Shown here piece by piece: positions 1 to 34,429 of a stretch of DNA of 64,000 nt. Each line of letters opens with the position of its first letter. Position 1 is the stretch's first letter. The notes under the pieces are model-generated. The model saw only the letters and a list, made by a program, of their open reading frames with translations, had not been told where the DNA came from and made no database searches. Position numbers and translations under genes: made by a program. Origin of the DNA: the human T2T-CHM13v2.0 reference genome, Homo sapiens; the NCBI RefSeq assembly GCF_009914755.1, contig NC_060938.1. One strand, written 5' to 3'.

Positions 1-59
1 CTTCAAAGGCTGGCAGCTTGGGTCTGTAACTGTTAATGAATTATCAATAAACAGGAAAG

Positions 60-260
60 CAGTGTGGCAAGGAAAGATAACATGAACTTTGGAGCCAAAC
101 AGAACCGAATTTCAAATCCCGGCCCTGCCACTTACTAAATCTGTGGATCTTAACCTGCCAGAACCTTAGTTTCCTTTTCTGTAAAATTGGGATAATATTG
201 TGGAACACACAATACAGTTTATATATAAAGTTGTACACAAAGCACAATGCTTTGGCTCGT
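60..260 (+). mobile_element. MIR
   Basis: ttcaaatcccggccctgccacttact...tttctgtaaaattgggataata core. Confidence 0.7.
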
Positions 261-2568
261 GAAGCACCTTTTAAAATGAGGTTCTTTACTTTCCACCAAG
301 AACCTAGAACTGTACCGAGCACATTTTAGATGCTAATTAAATGATGCTTGGTAGCATCTCTTTCCTCCTGCTGCTGCTGTACAGCCCTGTGCTGACCTGA
401 ACCATAAGCAATGCGGTGTATGTTATCCTGGCTGCCTTTAGTAGGTAGTAAATAGTATACTCTATCCTACCATACTCCTAAGCATTTTACCACTCGCCAC
501 ACTACTTTGAATATGTAAGATATATATTCCTCATTCAATATTGTTTCTGCAGAAATGTATCTGAAAAGATTTTTAAAGTTTTACTTTTGAAATTATTTGA
601 CTGCAAGTAAGTTGTGACTGGCACTGTTCCTTCTGCATTCAAGGTTTCCAGGTACTTAGGAATTCCTACAAAATTAGAAAACTAACCAAAGATTGTTTTC
701 CAATGTAGTGAGATTTTTATGTGTCCCAAATTTCAAAATAAGTGAAATCAACTTCATGCTACTTTAGTAGCAGGTAAGTAAATATTTTTTATTTGATTCT
801 ATATTTGACTTTTCCTGTATTGGAGCCAATATATTTTTCCCAGTCTCAAATGTTGTAGGCCCTTAGAAACCTCCCAGATTCTAAGCACTGAGCCTCAAGT
901 GCTTAATGGATAAAACAGCCCTGAGGCTGTGGCAGTGGGGAAAACTCATGATGAATGACTAGGATCAAAACACACAATCAAAGGAACCCCATTCCCAGGC
1001 CTCCCTGAGTGAGGCTGGCCAGCTGCATGGGCCAGTACCTACTTCAGGGAAAGCATGTTTGCAACGTATTTGGAATCAGAGCTTGCAAAGTCTCTGGTCA
1101 GTCATCTTGGTTGGCAGTAAACGTTTAGGCCAGCCCTGGGCTCCTGCTACCATCCCCACCCTCTCATTTCAAAGCTTGGCAGCTTGGGTCTGTAACCGTT
1201 AATGAATAATCACTTGGTAACCCTTCCATCCCAATGGGAGAGGCTCAGCTGAGGGCCTGCAAGAGAGAAATGACTTCCTGGGACAGGGTGGTGGGAGGGA
1301 GTAGTGCAGAGGGAGGGAAAGATTTGTTCCCTGCTGCCCAAGTCAACTGCTTTCTGGGTAATGTTTTCCTGGGTTCAAAAATCAATGTTTTGTTTGCTTT
1401 GTGGGGAGGAGTGCACGAAGGGATCCCTGCTGTGGAAAAGGTGAGTTCTACTGGCAAACAAGGCTCCTCCACCATGTTTGCCTGAGATGACAAACATCTC
1501 AGAATTTTTACATTCAGAAATGCAGATACTAGGAGCCTCGGCAAATTTTGCCATTTTGGAGAGCACTTTATCCCAAAGGTGGAGAAGTTACACAAATCCC
1601 AGAGGTTGAGAGACTGAGGGGAGTCCAACACACTATCGCCGACCTGAGAAACTGCAGTGCAGAGCCAGTTCCCCAACTGCAGTCATTTGCTTTAACCCTT
1701 GACAATTTTCACAATATCTGCTTACCACCCCTATTATTTTAATAATACGCTAAATATATATTTACTCATTTATTTTAAATAATTCTTTTACAATGAAACT
1801 GAGTAATGCCATCTTTCAAAGAATACTAGTGTTACTTTGTAAACAGAAGTAAAAATAAATGTAATGAATATCATCTAACTTTTAAAAATTCTATCCAGAT
1901 ATTGTTTTCAGCTGAAAACTCAGCCTGAGGCCTGTTGTCGTTATTGAAAAGGAGGAGAAACAAACACGGGAAAGTGTAAAAGAATTCACCTTCTTGCTCT
2001 AAGAGGAGACTTTCTCTTAAATGTTTTTAGAAGGGTCTGAAGAAATTAAGGCAATGAGCACACACCACCTAAAACCACAAACAGAGACACACTCACTCTG
2101 CTCTGCTCCTATGGGAAACTCTTTCCTCTTTCCTTTTTAGCTTGGCGCCAGCCCAAAGGGATGGGTTGAACATCAGGAAGCTCTTAGCCCCAGCTCTGCC
2201 ACTCACTCGGCGGCCTTGGAAAGAGTACTTGCCCTTGCAGGAACTCAAGCTCCCTCATCTTTAAAATGAGGGAGTCAACTGAGATGAACTCTAAGGTCCC
2301 TTCCAGCCCTGACCCTCTATCCTTCCAAGACATTCTCCAGCAGGGCAAAATGTCAGACATGGAAAGAACCCAACTCGCCATGCTGCTTTGACAGCTGGAG
2401 CTGCGATCCCTTCACTAGGAGTGATCATTTTTTCTAACTTCAGTGAGAAACTGGGCCACAGAATGGGGAGGAATGCATTTGACTCCACGACCTTAATAAC
2501 AACTCTTTCAGGGACACCTAAGCTAGTCCAGCAGAGTGGGGTATTGACCTTTCACATGTTTTTCTTCA

Positions 2569-3023
<455 letters not shown>

Positions 3024-3324
3024 TTAACTTTCCTGAGCCTCATTTTATTCATATATATATATATATATGTGAGAAGGTAATCATACCCATAAAACTATTG
3101 TGAGAGGTAAAGAAGGTAAGTGTTTATTAGAGGCACAAAAAGGCACATTATCTGCTGGTACTAAACAATAGAATGCCAGGGGTGTTCAATATCTTAGGCT
3201 GCACATTGCCCTGCAATAACTGGCTTAGGGTATGAAATTCTTAGAAGGACTAACAAGACTCCCCCATGATGACCTATTCATCCACCTACCTCCTCACTCT
3301 GTTCCACTGTCTCCCTTAAGAGAG

Positions 3325-3789
3325 ATGGCACCGGCCAGAGCAGGATGCTGCCCCCTGCTGCTGCTGCTTCTGGGGCTGTGGGTGGCAGAGGTCCTAGTCA
3401 GAGCCAAGCCCAAGGACATGACATCATCTCAGTGGTTTAAAACTCAGCATGTGCAGCCCAGCCCTCAAGCATGCAACTCAGCCATGAGCATCATCAATAA
3501 GTACACAGAACGGTGCAAAGACCTCAACACCTTCCTGCACGAGCCCTTCTCCAGTGTGGCCATCACCTGCCAGACCCCCAACATAGCCTGCAAGAATAGC
3601 TGTAAAAACTGCCACCAGAGCCACGGGCCCATGTCCCTGACCATGGGTGAGCTCACCTCAGGGAAGTACCCAAACTGCAGGTACAAAGAGAAGCACCTGA
3701 ACACACCTTACATAGTGGCCTGTGACCCTCCACAACAGGGTGACCCAGGGTACCCACTTGTTCCTGTGCACTTGGATAAAGTTGTCTAA
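3325..3789 (+). CDS. RNASE8: Ribonuclease 8 (RNase A superfamily), 154 aa precursor
   Basis: Signal peptide [20 protein letters not shown], catalytic motifs FKTQH, CKDLNTF (CKxxNTF) and PVHLD. Acceptor-like ttaag just before the ATG. Cys pattern KNSCKNC / MSLTMGEL distinguishes it from RNase 7. An in-frame upstream ATG lies at 3232. Confidence 0.96.
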   Translation: MAPARAGCCPLLLLLLGLWVAEVLVRAKPKDMTSSQWFKTQHVQPSPQACNSAMSIINKYTERCKDLNTFLHEPFSSVAITCQTPNIACKNSCKNCHQSHGPMSLTMGELTSGKYPNCRYKEKHLNTPYIVACDPPQQGDPGYPLVPVHLDKVV

Positions 3790-4909
3790 GCCCTGGTGCC
3801 CACGTTCCACCTCACACTCTGCAGACTGTATGCTGCTGCTTTTCCTCCCTCCAGTTCGTTATTAATCCTTGCTCCCCACTGCAAATGCCATTTCCCTCCC
3901 ACACACTCAACCTCACATACTCTTGGTTTCTTAGGGAGTTTTACAGACGCTCCAAACGATGAGAGAAGAGGGCAGATTCTCTTCAGCCTTTCATTGTAGC
4001 TTACTTTGCAGCCCTTCCAGAGTCAAGCACTCAGGATCCCCACAAGGATGGATCTGGGTTTGGTGAGGCCTGTGGCTCACCAAAGACCCTCTTAAAGAAA
4101 AAGAATATAAAATTACAAACGTAAATAAGTCAGATCCTTGGAAGGGCTGTGGCTGGACAGTCCAGGGAGATCCCAGACAGGGGTAATTATCTAAGGAAGG
4201 AAGGAAGGGGAATCTCTGCTGTGTTCCCTGTGTTGGGCAAAGAAATGCATCTGATCTTGCTGTAATAAAGACTCTGCTGTTGCTGATGGAGTGTGTGTTA
4301 CTGTCTTGGGGTAAGTGGAGAGGTTTGGAGCTCCAATTCCAAGGCCCTGAAAAGGCCCTGAAACACTTACTTCTGTGAGGCATCAGCTCCACCTGCCTTG
4401 CAGGCCGGAGGGAGAGCAGCACCCTGAGCAGGCACAGTCTGGGAAGCTGGCTTGATTCTGTCCTCCAGCCCCTTGAGGGCTCTCTGGTGGCCCCCTCTCA
4501 TGTGAAGGGGTAGAGTGACAGGAAGGACAGGCTGAGCCCTGGGATGCCAGTCAGGTCTGAGGCCTGACCCCCTTGTGTGTGCGCAAGACCAGAGTTCATG
4601 TTTCATCGACGTGACCCAGAGCAGGACCCTCAGCGTTCTGGAGTGAACTTCCCTCCTTGGGGAATTTCAGAATCAGGACCTACTAGGAGTCCTGATCTGG
4701 TCTTAATCATTGCTGAAGACTAACTGTGGTAAAGGAGCAGTTTTATATGCAATCGGCCATAGACCAATACTTTTGTAAAATACAATACAATGAATTACTA
4801 GAAAATGAAATAGAACATATAACTATAGAAAATACAAGCTCAATTGTTTTATTACTAGATTCAATTTATATAAAATACTCTGTCAAATTGCCATAAAAGT
4901 TACTGGGTT

Positions 4910-5255
4910 TTTTTGGGTTTTTTTTTCTTTTGCTTTTTGTTTTGAGACAGGGTCTCACTCTGTCACCCATGCTGCAGTGCAGTGGCCCAATCTCTGCTCA
5001 CTGCAGTCTCGACATCCTGGGCTCACGTGATCCTCCCGTCTCAGCCTCCTGAGTATCTGGGACTACACGTGCAAGCATGGCACCGCACCTGGCTAATTTT
5101 TGCATTTTTTTGTAGAGACAGGGTTTCACCATGTTACCCGGGCTGGTCTCAAACTCCTGGGCTCAAGCGATCCCTCAACTCCTGGGCTCAAGTGATCCAC
5201 CCACCTGGACCTCCCAAAGTGCTGGGATTATAGGCGTCAGCCATGGCGCTCAGCC
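4910..5255 (-). mobile_element. AluJ with an internal ~25-bp duplication
   Basis: Alu consensus; ctca(a)actcctgggctcaag(c/t)gatcc occurs twice. Confidence 0.9.
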
Positions 5256-8128
5256 CATAAAAGTTTCTTAATGTTTCCTCTCAATTTCTGTACTTGTATT
5301 GATAGATATTCACAGAGAGAAAAACATACACATATTATACACATATACACACACACATACCTACATACCAACATAAGGCACACACATACACACCCCCATA
5401 TGCATATACATACAGAGGAACACATAGTCACAACGTGCACCTGTGTGCACAACACCCACACCTACTCATATACTCACATTCAACAAGACACCCCCTCTTC
5501 TTCCCCATGCTATCTCTGCTTCCTTATTACACCTCCCTTCCCATATTTGGAAAGAGAGTTTCCTACACAGGCTATGATTCAGAGTAAGGAAAGGATGTCT
5601 GGTGAAACGTGAAGTGGCAGAGAAAGCATAGAATCCAGAAATTCAAAATCCCAGCCCCCTTCTATGCTTTCTAGAACTAGAACTCAATGCAGCCTCTCAC
5701 ACCAACACCATCTCACCCCAAGCGTAGTTTCCCCCACAGCCTCCAGCCCCCTCCACATTGCCCTGCCCATCACTACCACTATGCTGCCCACCCTCGTGCT
5801 TATAACCAGGGAAGACATCTGGAAGTGAGACAGAAGCAGCATTCTTCCATCCCCTGGCTTCTTCCCAGTGTTGCGGGCAGGCTCCACTTCCTGCGGCTGC
5901 GCCTTAAATGACGGTGTTTCCCAGGGTCCTGTTCTGAGCTCTCTTTTCTTCCCACACTGTACTCTACTTGAGTGACTTGATTTACTTCCATGGCTCCAAC
6001 CACCATTAACCTACTCCCAAAGACAGGTATATCTCCAGCCCAGAGCTCCCAAAGTCCAGTCATACATGTCCATCTTCATACTGTTACTAGCCCAGTCAGT
6101 GTCCCACAGGCATCTCAACCCAAAACACTCAGAACTAAGTTCATAATCTGCCTGGCTTCCAAACCTGCCCCTCCCTTCTCCTGCAGCCTCTCAGTGTTCG
6201 TTAGTGGAAACATCATACTCGATCATTCAAAGTCCTAATCTAAGACACACCTGTGTCAACTCGTGCTTGTTTGTCTGTTTCTCCAGTAATTGCCCACCTT
6301 ATCCCAGGAACTACCTCAAGAGGACATAAAAGTTACTGAGTTTTATTTTCTTTTGTCCAAATAGCACTGGGTTCCTAACGTGTGCTCAATACACATTACG
6401 GCCTTGGAGGGGGCCGTGATTTGGAGCTAGGCAAATATACCTAGGTTGGTACAACCGCAGATTCACTATCTTGTTGAGAGGGCGAGATTAAAGAGTACAT
6501 ACGAAACTATCAAGTAATAAGATAGAAAAGAAGAAGAAACCAAATGGATTCTGTAACGTTTTTCTCCCATCTCCCCTAGGGTTTCATTCATCCCAAAGTT
6601 CATTCTCTGTTGAATGTTAATTTTCCCGTTGCATATTTCTGGCACAGCATTAGGTCTGTAGCCAGGGTTAGGCAACACCAGGAGAAGTTCAACCATTCAA
6701 TATCTGTAAGAGTTGTGGCCCCGGAAGCTGGGAAGAGTGTGAAAAGCATTCAGAGTAGAATGAATCGTTAAGGAGACTAATTATATCCAAACAAGTGGGG
6801 GTAGCAACCTGGGTAGGAGTTTCTGACTTCCTTGTGTAGGCTGAAGAATTAGATGGCGTGTAACTGGAATCTAGGGGTCATGGGCTGTAAAACTGGCCCA
6901 CTCTGAGGGTAATGACACAGCACCCATAAAACAGGGCTCAGTGGTGAAGCTGGGACCACAGAAGAGCTGCCCAATAGCCTTGGGACCGAATCTCTACTGG
7001 GTGTGTTCTCTGGGCCCCTGAGAACGTGTTTCCAAAAAATCACTTGAGAAGGGGCTCCTCAGCCATTTGGGAGGACATAAATATTTTCCAGTGGGTAAGT
7101 ATGTTCTAACATCCAGAAAATTTAGAATTAAGTATAGAAATGTTTAAAAGAATCAACACATAGCGTTAACATGTTTGTATTAAGGAATTTGTATTAGGCT
7201 TGTCATTCTAATTTAAAATGCACATGGTTTGAAATGAAACTTTCCTTTAAAATTAGTTTTGGATCATGTAAGAAAACATAGAAATTGAATCATCCTATTT
7301 AGAAATTGTTAGATTTATAAAGGTTTTTAGGTATTCAGGAATGTTTTGCTGGTTAGCTCAAATGCCCAAATTACTTTATAAGGACATGGAATATATATTG
7401 AATTTATAAAATATCTCTTTTAATGTTTAAAGAGTTTCATTAACTACTTACAAATAAGATCAAATAGTCGGTGAATACAATTCTTTAAAGTGATTATTAG
7501 AATTTATTTCTATGTAAGTTAAACATAAAAGCTTAAGGAAGCTGATTTATAACTTTAACATAGGAAACATAAGTGTTAAAAAGCCAAGTAGCCTCTAAAT
7601 ACTCTTTGTTGGACACAAAAGAAACATTTTAAAAACTCACATTGACACTACAAGACCGATTCATGTTCTATGATATTTTCATCTGTACTGCACAGTGGGC
7701 TTTGGTGATTATATTTTCCGGTGTTAATATGTTTGTTGATTTTGCTGGGGCGTTTAGTAGGGAGGGAAGCTCAAGGCTCAGGCTCAAGGGCATGCGACTG
7801 GCAATGGAGCCCTCAGAGTGGAACCTGGACCTCTGTCTCTCCTCAGCATTCTCCTCCCTCTGCACTGTGCTGCCTTCAGTTGGGTTATTTTTCTGACTTG
7901 GGAATGGGAGTATTATATCCTAGAAAAACTGAGAAAGGTGAGCAGGGTTTGCCTGAGGCCCGTGTAGGGGTGGCAGAGGATTTCAGCAAAATATACTCCC
8001 AGAAAAAGTAAAACTCAAAGGCTGTGGTCAGGTCTCCACCCTTTATAGGGACTTTTCCTCCTTGGCCAAACTTGGAGTTTGAGACTACTTTTACTAAGTA
8101 GAGTAGCTTTTAAAATGTAAACAAAACA

Positions 8129-8590
<462 letters not shown>

Positions 8591-9705
8591 ACGGATTTTA
8601 AGCAACCAGTTTCTTCAGTAAATTAGAGTGCCTGCCTAAAAGTGGTGTGTATGTGTGTGTGTGTATGTGTGTGTGTGTATATAAACACACACGTGTTCAG
8701 GGTGAGGAAGTAAAGTTCTGTTAATGGAATTAGGAGTGCTATATTCCGCCAATTACAGATCTTTTGGGATTCCAAACTCCTCATCTGAAGTGCAAATATC
8801 TATTGGCACAAATAAGATAATGTAACAATTACTTGGAATCAATCACTTAGGTGTTGGATTTGGCTTGGGGTTATTTGGAGGCAAGGCAAGGATATAGGTT
8901 TTGTAATTGGGGGGTCTTATGCGTATGTTCAACATGGGCAGAGACCTGGAGGTAGACACTAAGTACAAAAAAAAAGGAAATGTCAAGGAACTAGAGACAA
9001 AGTTTTATCCGCTGCTTGGCAGTTCTGAAGTCTGGAGGATGGGAATGACTTCACGCTGTTGGAATTCCTAGATTGTCTGCTCCAGAAGACTGACTCTGCT
9101 GGGGGTCTGCCAATGAGAGCTGAGGCCACTGCTAGCTATAACAGGCACAGGTTATGTCTTAATAAATGTTCATTTAACAAAATGTGGTTTTGGAGCAAAG
9201 GGCTGGGGGTAGGAAAATGTACAGATCACAAATCTGGAAAGCTTATAAACAATTTCTTTAAAAGCTCTCTCATTATGCTTAAAATTTTTCAGTGAGAGGG
9301 AATTTACCTATGGAGATAGCTTGTCCCATTTTCAGGCAACTCTAAGTATTCAAAACTCCCTTACATAGAACCGAATCTGCTTCTTTATAACTGCAACAAT
9401 TCACTGATGCCCTACCGCTTTGAGCCATTCAGAGTAAGCCCAATTCCTCTTCACAATCAACCTTTTTAATATTTTAAGAGTGTTTCATGACCCCTGCCCT
9501 CCACATATTGCCACATCTGGCAGTAACAAATGTTATAAAATGGCTCCTACCATTTGACCCAATAATTCCATTTTGTAAAATATGTCGAATGGGAATAATT
9601 CAAAGTGCGGAGGAGTACATTTCTACAAATCTTTTTATACCTTTTCTTCATACAATGGAGAAAAGTTAAACATAATATAAATTCCCTAAAATTGAGAGTG
9701 ACTAA

Positions 9706-10038
<333 letters not shown>

Positions 10039-10308
10039 TGATGCTTTAACTAAAGACAATGTAGGCAAAAATTATACTTATGCGTGGAAATATATACGGA
10101 CAATGCTACATGAAGAAAGCAGAACACAAAACTGTTATTTTCAAATGGGTTACAACTACATGAAAGAGTTTCTGGGTTTGTACATCAACAAAGTCCATAA
10201 GCGACTTTGGAACCTTTCCAGAAGTCCCCCTCCAAACCATGCTTCCTCCAGACTCTTCTACTACAATAAGCCTACATCTGAGCCAGATGATGGTCCACAT
10301 CTGTCTTA

Positions 10309-10839
<531 letters not shown>

Positions 10840-11233
10840 TTATGATCTCTTTTGGGAACTGGTCAGACACTAGCTGAAAAAGCAGTGACAAAATAGACAA
10901 GGTCCCTCATTTCATAAAGTTTATTTTTAAATTATATGTGGTAGAAAGGTGAGTCTATTATGATAGACAGAAAATAAATACATAATCAATAGAGAAAAAT
11001 GCTATGAAGAAAATACAACAGAATAACATTATTCAGAAAGACAATGGGTGAGAGACCACTTTAGACCAGGTGGCCAGGGAAGAAGACCTTTGAGACTGTA
11101 ACACTTTAGTTAAGACCTGAAGGATGACAGCCAGTCACTAGAATCGTGAATGAAAAGAAAGCTCCAGACAGAAGGAAAGAAGAGCAAAAAGGTGCCAAAT
11201 TAAGCATCTTTAGGAATAAGTAAGGCATGTTTA

Positions 11234-11605
<372 letters not shown>

Positions 11606-11614
11606 TTAGCATAA

Positions 11615-12066
<452 letters not shown>

Positions 12067-13327
12067 GATTTATTTGGATTTTTAAGATTACTCTGGCTAT
12101 GGTGCAGAGAATGGCTTATCAGAAGGTAAGAGTGGAACAGGCAGACAAGTGGGGAAACTAATGTGCTAGCACAGGCAAGACGCTGGTGGTATGGACCTTG
12201 ATGACACTTAGTTCGGAGAAGACAAGTTGTTAATTTTTGAAAAAATATTACCAATCAAATAAAACCAAAACCAATGAAAAATTAAACCATAAATAGAACT
12301 GATATATATTTACATATCACACAGATTTTTTACCCTAAAATAACTGGGATATTGATCCCCAGATTCCTTGGAAGGCAGAGCTAACAAGAACACGTGCTCT
12401 CAAGTCCGTCCCTAAAATTCCCTTTGTGGTCCTTCATTAATTCCCCCTAACTTGAGGCATGGGGCTGAGGCACAGCCCTAGTCACTGCTACTCTCCCAGG
12501 GAGAAATAGTGAGCAGCCTAAAACCCCAACCCTCCATAAGATGGCAGTCATAGCTCTTGGTGCACATAAACCAGGCAATAAGCAGTACAGACACAGGTGT
12601 TTCTTCCACCTTCCCCCGTATTAGGATAGCACTAGTTTTCCATAAGAACCATACTGGAAATGTCTTCGGAATTATTTTAACTATTACTCTATAACAAGTC
12701 TAGAAAAAGGTAGGTTTTTTTTTTTCTCTGACCCACGGGGACATATCTATCACTTTTAGAACCTCAGTGCTGGCTTCTACAAAAACAAATTTAACTTTTT
12801 TAGCTTGATGGTTTGGTGGCAGAAATGGTGATGTGGTGTTTAAAACTCTTCTTTTATGAACTTTGACAGCTTAGATGAGACCCTATAACTTACTGGTTGC
12901 GACTGAAGCCTCTGGCGTCAGACAGCCTGGGTTCACATCCTGGTTTCTCATTTACTGTGTAGCTTAGAGAGAGTTTATTAACTTCAATAAGCTGCAATTT
13001 CTTCTGTAAAACAGGAGTTTGAGAAGCCCCAAAGAGTCTTAAATGGGTGAAATATGGTAAGAACTGTTTGTGAATGAGAAGGCTTCTAAGTCTGGTCTAT
13101 TCCCAGCCTCTAATTTCTCCCTTATAACTTTACCCTTTCATATTCCCCCACTAAAAACACACGTATCAACACATACTCTGTTGTGTACACACGTACACAC
13201 ACACACACACACACACACACTTTTAGGTAAGAGCCTGCATTCTTTGGAGAAAGTGGTATTTAACTGCTGCAACCACATGTCACTTACTTACTTAAAATAA
13301 ACCATTGTAATTTAGCACAGATTTTAA

Positions 13328-13727
<400 letters not shown>

Positions 13728-14038
13728 CGGCTCCCCTTTTTCTCCATGAAAAAAAAAAATGATCCACTCCCTTTTTCCAGGAGTTTGTGGACCCCCATAG
13801 CCAGATTAATTTATATTCCACTACCTAAGAGTAGTGAGCCTTGGAGTCCAATGGACAACCTTGGACCCTACCAAGTGTTCCCTAAACAATTTGCTGCAGT
13901 TTAAGGAATGGAAGGCCTGGTGAGGAAAGGTTCAGACACTCTCAACACCGAGAATAGATGAGCTAGGTTTGAGACAGGTGAATAAGGTTTTTTAAACACT
14001 GGCCCCTGTAACCCGCCCCTGGGCAGTATTTACGGAAT

Positions 14039-14056
14039 GGACACCAGGGGGTAGCA
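14039..14056 (+). promoter_or_regulatory. Candidate CTCF site upstream of the ARHGEF40 CpG island
   Basis: GGACACCAGGGGGTAGCA resembles the CTCF core. Confidence 0.4.
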
Positions 14057-15826
14057 AAATCTCACTCTCCTAGCTCGCGGGCCCTCGTAATAGAGAACCT
14101 GGAGAGTGTCGGTGACTCGAGGGTCCCCTAGCCGGGTGTTAGAAAGAGCTCCAACTCCACGGCTCTAACTGTGCGGGGAAGATGGTTACCGGGGCTTGTT
14201 GCCATAGGTTCTTTTTTGACGCATGGAGCAGAGGCCTCTTCTTGCCTCTAAGAAGGATGAACACTTGCTCTGTCCTTTTCCAGGCTCAGCGGAGCGGAGA
14301 AAAAGGTGGAGGTTAGCGTCCAGAGGAGGTGAGAGAAGAGCAAGTCACCTTGGCGGCGCCCCCGCCTCCCCTCCCGCTGTTCCAACAACTGCCCAGAGGC
14401 TCCGGCCTCCGAGGAACTGCAGGCGAGGCCAGACGTTTTCTCATCATCGCCCTCCAGCTGCAGGGGCACACGCGTTCACGCCCCTCCGGGGACTATTCGG
14501 CTTTCCGATCTCCTCTCCTCTCCCTTCCGTCCACCCTTTAGAAGAGCTCACGGAGCTGCGGGGCTTCCCGGTGCCTGCTCAGAGGCCAGGCAGGGCATCT
14601 CCCCGCCGTGCCCGTGCCTCCCCCCGGGCTCCTGGGAGACCCCCCATCTGGCCTTCCTTTCTCATTCAGACACTGTCGGGGGACGCTCGGGGTTTGATGA
14701 GGGAGTGAGGCTAGAACTTTCGTAACTAGCCCACCCTGCTTTGTCTCCTGCGCCAGATACCCACCCATTCCCATGGCCACGAGCCCTAGCGGCCCTGCGG
14801 GACTCTATAGCCACCCCAACAGAAGGAAGGGGCTGGCATCCAGTACCGAATCCTCGAACTGGAGGCCTGGTGCCTTCCCTCTTCTAGCCGAATAGAGAGG
14901 TAGGGATGCGGAAGGGAAGGGCCACGGAGGAGAGAACTCAGAAAATGTCCGGCGAAATGCACGCCCCTACATAAGCATCCCGATCCGGGAACCCTGCCCC
15001 CTTGGCCAGGATGTCCGCCCCCTATCCCAAGCCTTCGCTGCTCCCTAACTCCCGCACACTCCCGCCTTCCCCAGGCAACACAGAGGAGCCCATTGTCAGC
15101 CCAGAGATTCCAGGCCCGAGGAGATGGAGGGAAAGGAGGGCGGGCAAGCCCCCGGGGGGTTGGGGAATCCCCTGATTTCCCGGCCCTCCGCTCTCTGCTA
15201 GGCAGGCAGGGGCCTGAAGGTCTCATTTGAGCCCTGGGTCCTGCCAAAGTCTAGAAACCGTTGAGAGAAGAGGATCCCGGGCGAGTTAGAGCGGGGAGGC
15301 TTTCCAGCCGCAGGAAGACCCCAGTTCTGGGAAGGGGCGGCCCAAGGGAATTCACGCACGCCCCAGCCTTTGGAGCATCCCTTGCCGAGGCTAAACTGAT
15401 CCCGCGGGGAGCGAGGCCGTGGCGGGAAAAGAGGGGCATCCTCGGCTGGGCGGGCCTCCGAGGGTCAGGGTCGAGGTTACCCGCTGGAGGGCGGGGCGGA
15501 GAAGAAAGAAGGTTGCCGGTGAACGGGACGGATAGGCTGGGGACGCCCGGGGAACGGCAGAGATCTCGGCGCGGGAGACAGAGTCCCGGCAAGGGGTCCC
15601 GCGCGGAGGCGGGGGCGGGCGCTGAAGGGCGGGGCGGGGAGGGGCGGCCGTCTCGGCCCTCCCTGGCGGGGCCCCGCGGCCTGGAAGCCGGAGCGGGCCG
15701 AGCCGCCACCGCGGCCGGAGCTGTCCCTTAGCCAGACCCGGCGAGACACGAGCGGCGGGAGGGAGGCGGTGGCGCGCCCGGCCCCGCCCGCCCGACCAAG
15801 CGTCGGACGCGGCCCGGCGCCGAGCC

Positions 15827-34287
<18,461 letters not shown>

Positions 34288-34429
34288 CCTGGGTGAGTCA
34301 GCATCCCCAATTTCTACCACATCCAGCACTCCTACCATCTTGCATGTACCTTCCTTCCTGTCCCCGGCTACTTGGGAGTCAGCTTCTTCCCTCTCCCAAC
34401 TCATCTCCCTCTTCTCTCCTGGCTTCTAG

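Noticed and set aside
5320-5480. His/Thr-rich ORF
   Set aside because: Translation of a degenerate (CA/TA)n low-complexity tract.
6580-6706. Exon-like segment (ctcccctag ... gtaaga)
   Set aside because: Splice signals alone; no coding or transcript support visible.
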